Shown here one piece after another: positions 29,652 to 37,466 of a DNA stretch of 64,000 nucleotides. The stretch spans positions 75,991 to 139,990 of the forward strand of contig JAFGMG010000005.1 in assembly GCA_016927655.1 (NCBI GenBank). Direction: 5' to 3'. The stretch is from Candidatus Dojkabacteria bacterium (GTDB lineage: Bacteria; Patescibacteriota; Dojkabacteria; B142; JAFGMG01). The notes beneath the pieces are model-generated. The model saw only the letters and a program-made list of their open reading frames with translations, was not told the DNA's origin and searched no databases. The stretch's first letter is position 1; every line of letters starts with the position of its first letter. A program made the position numbers and the translations under genes.

Positions 29652-30233
29652 TTACTTCCAGATCGTTTCTTCTGTTTTTGTGATTTTGTTGATCAGTCTT
29701 GCCTGGATAAAAAGCCAGTCACTGAGGCGGTTGAGGTATTTAAGGGTGTTTGGATTTACTTTCGCGCCTTTTTGAAGGCGGACGAGATTGCGCTCTGCTC
29801 TTCTTGCTATGCTTCTTGCGATTTGAATATTTGCTGCAATTTTATGCCCGCCAGGCAAGATGAAATTTTTTAGCGGAGTTAGTTTTTTATCTGCTTCGTC
29901 AATTTCAAATTCGAGCTTGGCGATGTATTTGGCCGGTATTCTAGAGATGCTTTTTTGAAGAGACGTGCTTGCATTAAATGGTGTTGCGATATCTGCGCCA
30001 AGCTCAAATAATTCACCCTGGAGTCGCCTAAGATTTGAGTGAATCCCCAAAACGACTTTTTCTGAATTATTTTCCTTTTCAAAACTGCTAAGATTTGAGA
30101 CTATCAGCCCAATCTGTCCATTCAGCTCGTCCAGGCAGCCAATCACTTCAAGCCTGACAATTGATTTGCTGACCCGCCTGCCTCCAAGGATTGAAGTCTG
30201 CCCGTCATCGCCTGTTTTGGTGTAGATTTTCAT
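29652..30233 (-). CDS. pduO: ATP:cob(I)alamin adenosyltransferase, PduO type
   Basis: MKIYTKTGDDGQT, G.LDELN, LFELGADIATP, FILPGG, RRAER, YLNRLSDWLF. Confidence 0.96.
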   Translation of the reverse strand: MKIYTKTGDDGQTSILGGRRVSKSIVRLEVIGCLDELNGQIGLIVSNLSSFEKENNSEKVVLGIHSNLRRLQGELFELGADIATPFNASTSLQKSISRIPAKYIAKLEFEIDEADKKLTPLKNFILPGGHKIAANIQIARSIARRAERNLVRLQKGAKVNPNTLKYLNRLSDWLFIQARLINKITKTEETIWK

Positions 30234-30913
30234 TCGTACTTTTCTAAACTGATTCTCTCGATTTTCACATCCTCAAGAGGTTTGTCATTTGCGTCGGTTT
30301 TTACGCCGGCGATTTTTTCGACTACATTCATTCCCTTGATTACCTGCGCAAAAATTGTGTATTCTCCATCAAGACTAAGGGCTCCTGTGTCGTTTTGCAC
30401 GATATAAAATTGACTGCCGGAAGACTTTTTCTCAGGGTTTACGAAATCGCTTTGTCTTGCGGTAGCTACTGCGCCGGCTGTGTGGGTAAGATACGGGGAA
30501 ATCTCCGCGTCTACAGTGTAGCCTGGCCCGCCAGAGCCTGTGCCGTCTGGATCTCCTCCCTGGATCATAAAGCCTGCAATGATTCTATGAAATATCAAGT
30601 CATTATAAAATCCTTCTCCTGCGAGTTTTTTGAAATTTGCGACGGTATCTGGCGCTTCTTCTTCGAAAAATTTTATCTCTATATTGCCGTAATTTGTCTC
30701 AATAATTGCGATTTCTTCTCCCGCATCTGGGCAGGATTTTTGTCCTTCTTTGTTCTCGCAGTAATTATCAGGTGTAAGTTTTTGCATGGTTTGATCTGGT
30801 AATGAATTATCTACAATTTTCGAATCATTGCTATTCTGGCCATTTAGAGCTAATACCACAAGCACAGCTGCAATTACAAAAAAAACGATGATGAGAATTG
30901 TTTTATTATTCAT
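30230..30913 (-). CDS. Cyclophilin-type peptidyl-prolyl isomerase, membrane-anchored
   Basis: APDTVANF, FHRIIAGFMIQGGDP.GTGSGGPGY, SGSQFYI, LDGEYTIF. Confidence 0.96.
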   Translation of the reverse strand: MNNKTILIIVFFVIAAVLVVLALNGQNSNDSKIVDNSLPDQTMQKLTPDNYCENKEGQKSCPDAGEEIAIIETNYGNIEIKFFEEEAPDTVANFKKLAGEGFYNDLIFHRIIAGFMIQGGDPDGTGSGGPGYTVDAEISPYLTHTAGAVATARQSDFVNPEKKSSGSQFYIVQNDTGALSLDGEYTIFAQVIKGMNVVEKIAGVKTDANDKPLEDVKIERISLEKYE

Positions 30914-31026
30914 ATGTGAATTGTTAAATTAACCGGATTTCCATGAATTCTACATAATTCCTTCATGTTTTAGCAATCTTTTTGTGTTTAAATGTTTTGC
31001 AGATTTGCTAATGTTATAATGTAATT

Positions 31027-32085
31027 ATGAATCAAATGCAACTTCAAGTTAATTCTTTTGAGAGAATCAAGCACATTGATGAGAATGGCAATGAATATTG
31101 GCTGGCAAGGGAATTGATGCCTTTGTTGGAATATATGGAGTGGAGGAATTTCTTGAAAGTGATTAGGAAGGCAAGAATTTCGTTTGGAAAAACTTATCAA
31201 CAAATTGGCAGTCATTTTGTTAAAATCAACAAAAAGGTAACTATTGCTACTGGGACAAACAAACAAGCGTTGCGCCCAATTCTTGACTACAAACTCACGA
31301 GACGTGCTTGTTACATTATCGCTCAAAACGGCGACAGCTCAAAGGAAGCCATCGCTTTGGCGCAGAATTATTTTGCCGAACAGACGAGAAAAAGAGAGAT
31401 ACAAGAGGATTTAGATAAATTCCAGAAGCGTCTGCAGGCAAGAGAAAAGCTGAAGGAGACAGAGAAAAAGCTATCAGCGACACTTCAGGAACATGAAGTG
31501 CGCGACAGCGAAATAGGTCATATCCGCTCGGCTGGGGATGCGACACTTTTTGGTTTGAAAACCAGAGATATGAAGAAACGGCTGAGTGTGCCTGAAGGAA
31601 AACCCCTGGCAGACCATCTGCCGGTGATTTCTTTGAAAGCAAAAGACTTTGCAGCTGAAATGACAACTCATCAGACTGTCAAAAAAGGTCTGTTTGGCAA
31701 AGATCCGATTATGAACGAGCACGTACATAATAATAGAGAAATCAGAAGGCTTTTGACCTCAAATGGGATTTTCCCGGAAGAGCTTCCGCCTGAAGAGGAT
31801 ATAAATAAATTAAAGAACAAATTCCCTGAGAAAAAGAAACTGCCTGAGAATACTACCTATCCTGCAGATGAGCATTTTCTTGCGATGACTGATTTCTCTG
31901 TAGACATCACAGGAGTAAATGACAGGGAATTTATAAGTCAGTTACATGAAATTATTAAAATGAGCCCAGGTGAGTCTGAAATGAAAATATATTATGGCAG
32001 CCCTGATAAGCCGAAAATGGTGCGCAGAAAGGTTGAGCTATCTCAGGAATTACTGGGGTTTGTGAGGGATTATCTGATTTACTGA
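31027..32085 (+). CDS. dinD: DNA-damage-inducible protein D with extra C-terminal domain
   Basis: FERIKH..NGNEYWLARELM..LEY..WRNF, DYKLTRRACYIIAQNGD, AQNYFAEQTR, HVHNNREIR, PEELPPEEDI. Confidence 0.9.
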   Translation: MNQMQLQVNSFERIKHIDENGNEYWLARELMPLLEYMEWRNFLKVIRKARISFGKTYQQIGSHFVKINKKVTIATGTNKQALRPILDYKLTRRACYIIAQNGDSSKEAIALAQNYFAEQTRKREIQEDLDKFQKRLQAREKLKETEKKLSATLQEHEVRDSEIGHIRSAGDATLFGLKTRDMKKRLSVPEGKPLADHLPVISLKAKDFAAEMTTHQTVKKGLFGKDPIMNEHVHNNREIRRLLTSNGIFPEELPPEEDINKLKNKFPEKKKLPENTTYPADEHFLAMTDFSVDITGVNDREFISQLHEIIKMSPGESEMKIYYGSPDKPKMVRRKVELSQELLGFVRDYLIY

Positions 32086-32095
32086 ATTGATCCGC

Positions 32096-32974
32096 TTATT
32101 TAAATTCCAGAAGAAGTTCTGAAATATCTTTTTTCTCGACGTTGGAGACGAGATCTGGCTGATCTTTGATATGATTGATTCTCTGATAGAAATTTAGTTT
32201 TTCTTTGTTCTGATAAAGTATTCCTGTAGCGATTTTCTCTAATTGATCTCCTGCTCTTTCGTAGGCCAGCTTTAGATTTGTATTGTCATATGTATCATTT
32301 TCTTCAACCTTATAAACTCTATCTTTGTACCAGGCCTGATCCATAAACTGGTTGTATGTTGGACAGTGCTGGAGAACTTCCAGGTAGCTGAAGCCTTTGT
32401 GTTCTATTGCGGCTTTCAGGAGTCCGACTAGCTGTTTGAGATCTCCGGTAAAGCCTTTAGCGACAAAGCTTGGATTTAAAGTCAGCGCCAGCTGTGTTGG
32501 ATTGAGCCTGTCTTCGGCAACTCCAAATGGACTTGAGTTCATTTTCTGCCCTGTTGGCGTGGTTGGAGTTGCCTGTCCTGTTGTAAGACCAAAGTCACAG
32601 TTATTGTGCAGTATAAGAGTGATGTCGTAATTGCTTCTAAAGGCGTGTACAAAGTGCTGCATTCCTTCATCAAATGTTCCGCCGTCTCCTCCGACTGCGA
32701 TCACTGGGAGTCCCTGGTTAGCAAGCTTTATACCGGCTGCAACAGGAATTACTCTGCCGTGGAGACCTTTGAATACGTATGCGTTAATTTTATCCGCCAT
32801 ATTGCTGTTGCAGCCGATGTCAAAGCACAAAACTACCTCAGTCGGCGGAATATTCAGTTCGACAAGCGCCATTTTGATCGCTGTCCAGATTGCAAAGTCC
32901 CCGCATCCGGCGCACCAGGTCGGCTTTACTGGGCTTGCATAATCATTGATTTTTACATTTGTGTTTGCCTGCAT
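32096..32974 (-). CDS. 2-oxoacid:ferredoxin oxidoreductase beta subunit
   Basis: TWCAGCGDF, IGC, LHGR, GGDG (TPP binding), GLTTGQATPT, CPTYN. Confidence 0.96.
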   Translation of the reverse strand: MQANTNVKINDYASPVKPTWCAGCGDFAIWTAIKMALVELNIPPTEVVLCFDIGCNSNMADKINAYVFKGLHGRVIPVAAGIKLANQGLPVIAVGGDGGTFDEGMQHFVHAFRSNYDITLILHNNCDFGLTTGQATPTTPTGQKMNSSPFGVAEDRLNPTQLALTLNPSFVAKGFTGDLKQLVGLLKAAIEHKGFSYLEVLQHCPTYNQFMDQAWYKDRVYKVEENDTYDNTNLKLAYERAGDQLEKIATGILYQNKEKLNFYQRINHIKDQPDLVSNVEKKDISELLLEFK

Positions 32975-32985
32975 TGCTTTAATTT

Positions 32986-34791
32986 TCAGTTTTTAAACTG
33001 TTCTAGAATATCTTCTAAATAAAATGGCTTGCTGTCATAGCGTAAAATTCTATTCGTGAAATTTAGTCCGGTTTCTTTTTTGATCAATTCTGCAAACTGC
33101 CCTCGGATATTCTGTTCGACTACATAGACTTTATTTTCTTTGCCTGCAAGTTTCATCAGAGTCTCGGTTTTTAGCGGCCAGAGATAACTGAAATGAATTA
33201 TTTGAACTTTTTTGCCCTGCTCCCTTAGAATCTCAGCAGCGTCTTCTAGTGTGGTTTTATTTGAACCCCATGTGATGAATATGATATCTGCTGCGTCTAA
33301 ATCGGAATCTAAGCCTCCAATGATAGCAGGCTCAGGAAGAGCTGCTTTGAGAGTCTCAAATTTTTTGGTTCTTTTTTCAAATTGGACTTTGATAATTTTT
33401 TCATCTTCTGTTGAACGTCCCTTTTCATCGTGTTCGTCGCTATTTCCAATAAACGTAGAATTTACTGTGCTTTCAGGTGTGTCTGAGTGCTGGCCTGGAT
33501 ACCACCTTGGGCTGATGCCGTTTTCTGTAAGTTTGTATCTGAGCTCCATTCCTGTCATCAAGGCAGGATCAATCAATTCCCCGCGATTTATATCAATTTG
33601 GCTGACGTCAAAAGCCTTGGTAACATAAGAACTCTCTGCTATGTATTTTTCAGTAAGCAGCAAAACCGGAATCTGAAATTGCTCTGCAAAATTAAACGCC
33701 TGGCTGACAAGATAAAATGCGTCTGTAGCGTCGCTGATGCTCATTACAAGTCTTGGGAATTCGCCATGTCCGGTATTAATTGCCATATTCAGGTCTCCTT
33801 GCCCTGTCCAGGTTGGGGCTCCAGTTGCAGCTCCATGTCTTTGTCCAAGTACGGCAACAAATGGAGTCTCACTCATGCCGGAAAGCGAAATTGATTCGCT
33901 CATCAGATCAATTCCTCCGCCTGATGTCCCGCAAAGCGCTCTAGTTCCGGCAAAATTTGCTCCAATGCACATGTTTGCTGCGGTGATTTCATCTTCCGCC
34001 TGTTTGACAAGCATTCCGGATTTGTCTGCCCAGGCTGCCAGACTGGTCAAAATCGAGCTTGCCGGCGTCATTGGATATGAGCTGTAGATCTTCACTCCTG
34101 CTGCGATCGCCCCGAGAGATAGGGCTTCATTCCCGCTGATTACCAGATCATCTTGCGGGTTGATCTCTGATTGTCCGCTCGTTTCCATTCCTCCAGCTGC
34201 TGGCTGTCCAAGTTTTTTCTCGAGTAAATTCAAATCTTCTTTAATTGCCTCAAAACCTCCTGCTGCTGCCTTTTTATTTGCATCGATAATTTCTTCTGTC
34301 TTGTTGTAAACTTCCGCTATAATTTTCTGCAGAACTTCAAGTTCGAGCCCAATCGCTTTCCACATTGCACCTAGAGTGACAGTGTTTTTCATCAAGGCAT
34401 TCCCTCCGGCTTCTGTTGCAATATTGAGCATTGGCAGAGAATACAGTTTAACGCTGTATTTTTCTAGAAGAGCTATCTGGTCATCGTTTAGGGGGATTGC
34501 AGTATCGACTATCAAAATCCCTCCATCCTGGTCAAATTCGTCGATGTGCAGATCAATACTTTCTCCGTTTAAAGCAAGAAGTATGTCTGTGTCTTTTGTA
34601 ATTGAGCCGACTTTTTCATTACTGACTTCAATTTGGAAAACGTTGTGTCCTCCTCTAATCAGTGATGGATATTCGGTGTAGCCAAAGGTATGGTAGCCGG
34701 ATCTTTTGATCGCTTTGGAAAGAATCAGCCCGGAGCTTTTGATCCCCTGTCCTGCTGCCCCTGCAATTTTTATCGTCAAACGCTTCTGCAT
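32986..34791 (-). CDS. 2-oxoacid:ferredoxin oxidoreductase alpha subunit (gamma-alpha fusion)
   Basis: AGAAGQGI, EYPSLIRGGHN, SGNEA, YPMTPAS, QAEDEI, TSGGG, GHGEFPR. Confidence 0.96.
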   Translation of the reverse strand: MQKRLTIKIAGAAGQGIKSSGLILSKAIKRSGYHTFGYTEYPSLIRGGHNVFQIEVSNEKVGSITKDTDILLALNGESIDLHIDEFDQDGGILIVDTAIPLNDDQIALLEKYSVKLYSLPMLNIATEAGGNALMKNTVTLGAMWKAIGLELEVLQKIIAEVYNKTEEIIDANKKAAAGGFEAIKEDLNLLEKKLGQPAAGGMETSGQSEINPQDDLVISGNEALSLGAIAAGVKIYSSYPMTPASSILTSLAAWADKSGMLVKQAEDEITAANMCIGANFAGTRALCGTSGGGIDLMSESISLSGMSETPFVAVLGQRHGAATGAPTWTGQGDLNMAINTGHGEFPRLVMSISDATDAFYLVSQAFNFAEQFQIPVLLLTEKYIAESSYVTKAFDVSQIDINRGELIDPALMTGMELRYKLTENGISPRWYPGQHSDTPESTVNSTFIGNSDEHDEKGRSTEDEKIIKVQFEKRTKKFETLKAALPEPAIIGGLDSDLDAADIIFITWGSNKTTLEDAAEILREQGKKVQIIHFSYLWPLKTETLMKLAGKENKVYVVEQNIRGQFAELIKKETGLNFTNRILRYDSKPFYLEDILEQFKN

Positions 34792-34810
34792 GGACTTATA
34801 TTAGTGTAGA

Positions 34811-35509
34811 TTAGTCGGTTGTGTCAACTGGAATTTTTATAGTGAAAATTGTAGGGTTTTTATTTGATGAAAGTTCAAGATTTCCTCTAAATGTTTCCTG
34901 AATGATTTTTCTGGAAACTGAGAGACCCAGTCCTGTGCCGAATTCGAATGGTTTGGTAGTGAAGTAGCTTCTAAAAATTTTCCTTGAATTTTCTTCCGGG
35001 ATGCCGATTCCAAAATCAACGATTTTTAGAATATACATATTCTTGATCATTCTTGAAATAATGTTAATCCGCCTTGTGCCTTTGTCAGTTATGGCGGTTA
35101 TCTCATCGTATGCATCGACTGAATTGCTTATCAGGTTTGCAACTACCTGGTTGAATTCTACCGGGTTGCCATAGATTTCACGCGATCGAAGATCGAAGTG
35201 GACTTTGACTTTGTTCCTGCGGATTTTGAAATTGAGAAGCCTTACGGCTTTGACGATCTCGTCGTTTGGGTTAAAGCGCAAACTGAAACCGTTTTGTTTA
35301 TTCAGCCTCAGATAATTATTAAGGATCAGATCAATCTGCTCGAGGCCGATAAGCGCCCCATCTATAAATTTCTCTGGATCCTGTCTGGTTTTAATAATTT
35401 CGAGATTTGTCTTGACACAGGTAAGCGGTGTTGCGATTTCATGTGAGAGACCTGCTGAAAATTCGGCTTTGTTGGCGAGTTTTTGCAGTTTTATTATTTG
35501 AGCGCTCAT
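34811..35509 (-). CDS. Cytoplasmic histidine kinase lacking a sensor domain
   Basis: H-box LSHEIATPL begins about 20 aa from the start; N-box QVVANLISNSVDA, DFGIGI, YFTTK, GTGLGL. Confidence 0.9.
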   Translation of the reverse strand: MSAQIIKLQKLANKAEFSAGLSHEIATPLTCVKTNLEIIKTRQDPEKFIDGALIGLEQIDLILNNYLRLNKQNGFSLRFNPNDEIVKAVRLLNFKIRRNKVKVHFDLRSREIYGNPVEFNQVVANLISNSVDAYDEITAITDKGTRRINIISRMIKNMYILKIVDFGIGIPEENSRKIFRSYFTTKPFEFGTGLGLSVSRKIIQETFRGNLELSSNKNPTIFTIKIPVDTTD

Positions 35510-35547
35510 GATTGAGCATCTTTATAGCACAAAAAATAGCTTCTGCG

Positions 35548-35570
35548 CATTGTATTGCAATACAAATTTT
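35548..35570. promoter_or_regulatory. 23-bp site with perfect 16-bp palindrome TTGTATTGCAATACAA (copy 1)
   Basis: cattgtattgcaatacaaatttt; exact reverse complement at 36552-36574. Confidence 0.7.
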
Positions 35571-35672
35571 GGGAGAAAATTGAGAAAAAATGCAGAATTC
35601 CTGGGTTTTAAGTGAAAATTTTAAAATAATCCTGTGCTATAATCAAGCGTATTACTTCTTATCAGCCTTCTT

Positions 35673-36452
35673 ATGGAATTCTTTTTGCTATTTTGTATTG
35701 GCGGACTTGGATTTATTATGATTTCGTTTCTGCCGCTTGTAATAAGGCAGGTAAATCAATATGAACGCGGGGTTTTGTTTATGCTCGGCCGTTATCAAAG
35801 GACACTTGAACCTGGGATTCATGTAGTAGTGCCAATCATCCAGAGAATGATGAAGGTTGATATCAGAACGAAGACGGTTGATCTGCAGGATCAGGAGGCA
35901 ATTACCAAAGATAATGTCTCGACCAGGATCAGCGCGGTACTCTATTACAAAATTTCAGAAGCCTCAAAAAGTATTATAGAAGTTGAAGATTATGCATGGG
36001 CATCGTCTCAGCTCGCAGAAACAACGATGAGAACTATTGTCGGGGAATTTGATCTGGATGAGCTTCTAGCTCATAGAGACAAAGTCGCGAGCAAAATCGA
36101 GCAGATCGTGGAGAAGACAACTGCTGCCTGGGGGGTCGAGGTGCAGGCGGTTGAGCTGAAAGATGTGATTCTGCCTGAGAATATGAAAAGAACGATTGCA
36201 AAGCAGGCGGAGGCCGAAAGAGAAAAGCGAGCGACGATTATCAATTCTGAAGGAGAAATGATAGCAGCAAAAAATCTTTCAAAAGCTGCAGAAACGATGG
36301 CAAATCATCCGGGAGCACTTCACCTGCGGACTCTAAATTCGATCAATGACATTTCCTCTGACCAGTCAAATACTGTGGTATTTGCGGTGCCGTTGGAGGC
36401 TCTAAGAGCACTTGAGGGAATTGGGAAAACCTTAGGTGGCGGGAAGAAATGA
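35673..36452 (+). CDS. SPFH/band 7 (slipin, stomatin-like) protein
   Basis: YERGVLF.LGR, VDIRT, ITKDNV, QLAETTMR, WGVEV..VELKDV, QAEAEREKRA, ALHLRTL. Confidence 0.96.
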   Translation: MEFFLLFCIGGLGFIMISFLPLVIRQVNQYERGVLFMLGRYQRTLEPGIHVVVPIIQRMMKVDIRTKTVDLQDQEAITKDNVSTRISAVLYYKISEASKSIIEVEDYAWASSQLAETTMRTIVGEFDLDELLAHRDKVASKIEQIVEKTTAAWGVEVQAVELKDVILPENMKRTIAKQAEAEREKRATIINSEGEMIAAKNLSKAAETMANHPGALHLRTLNSINDISSDQSNTVVFAVPLEALRALEGIGKTLGGGKK

Positions 36453-36551
36453 TTCTCAGTGTAAAAGAGACAATATAGCCAAATAGAACTGCTATTGCTT
36501 TTCCTTAATCATTTCCGATCTCCCTGGGCAGAAATTATTCCGAAATCCTCA

Positions 36552-36574
36552 AAAATTTGTATTGCAATACAATG
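36552..36574. promoter_or_regulatory. 23-bp site with perfect 16-bp palindrome TTGTATTGCAATACAA (copy 2, inverted)
   Basis: aaaatttgtattgcaatacaatg, upstream of a tgttataac -10-like element and the RHS operon. Confidence 0.7.
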
Positions 36575-36623
36575 TTTTATCTTTTCCTTTCTGTTATAAC
36601 CTTTCACAAAGTCTATTCAAACA

Positions 36624-37445
36624 ATGTTTAAATCGGTAACTAAAGGGAGAAAGTTTCTTCTTCTTGGCTTCATTGCTTTGATATTTATTGCAGCTCTAAT
36701 AATCAACATTTTCCTGATACTAAATACACCAAAAGTAGAAAGTCCTAATGATTTTGCTAAAAGTGAGGAAGATGTTAATGATAAGCAAGCGGTCTCTCCG
36801 GATAATTCTAAAGTTCTTGATCTTAAAGCGACAGATAACAATTTTACATTAAGCTTATTGGATTCTAAGGGAGAAATACTCAAAGAGTTCGAATCAGACG
36901 AAATACTTGATGCAGCGTTTGGGATGAATAGTCTGATATATTATCAAAAAGCAGGAGATGATTTTGGGATTTACGCGTACCCTCTGGATTCCGGTACTCC
37001 AGTGAGAATAATAAACTCAATTGATCCGCAGTTTTTTTTAAATATTGCCTTTATTTCGGATGAGAAATATTTCTTTATAGAGCCAAAAACCGGCAAATAC
37101 GGTTTTGGATATGTTTCAGGCGGAGGAAATGAATATCTCGGACAGAAAACTTCAGGTGTAGAAAGCGTGGTTGAAACAAACATTGCCGCATTTTCAAATC
37201 CATTTGTATTGCCGGCTGGGGAAAATATATTTGTAATAACAAGATCCGTTGTCCAGGAGGAGATAAAACTTTTTATTGAGGCGTATCCGATAGATCAAAA
37301 GCCTTTCAGCAATCCGGTTTTTTCCGAAGAACTGGGTTCAGATTTTGGGCAGGAAATAGCAATAGACGTTGAGGGAGACAATCTGAAAATCAGGACATTT
37401 AATTTAGCTGTAAATATGCAAACTTTCGAAATTTCAAAAATATAA
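36624..37445 (+). CDS. Membrane-anchored beta-rich protein, first gene of the RHS operon
   Basis: N-terminal TM; ends 21 nt before the RHS start codon. Confidence 0.72.
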   Translation: MFKSVTKGRKFLLLGFIALIFIAALIINIFLILNTPKVESPNDFAKSEEDVNDKQAVSPDNSKVLDLKATDNNFTLSLLDSKGEILKEFESDEILDAAFGMNSLIYYQKAGDDFGIYAYPLDSGTPVRIINSIDPQFFLNIAFISDEKYFFIEPKTGKYGFGYVSGGGNEYLGQKTSGVESVVETNIAAFSNPFVLPAGENIFVITRSVVQEEIKLFIEAYPIDQKPFSNPVFSEELGSDFGQEIAIDVEGDNLKIRTFNLAVNMQTFEISKI

Positions 37446-37466
37446 AATATTATTTCACCTATCTAA

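Noticed and set aside
35550-35565. 16-bp palindrome as a canonical parS
   Set aside because: Same length but a poor match to TGTTTCACGTGAAACA; kept only as an unassigned site.
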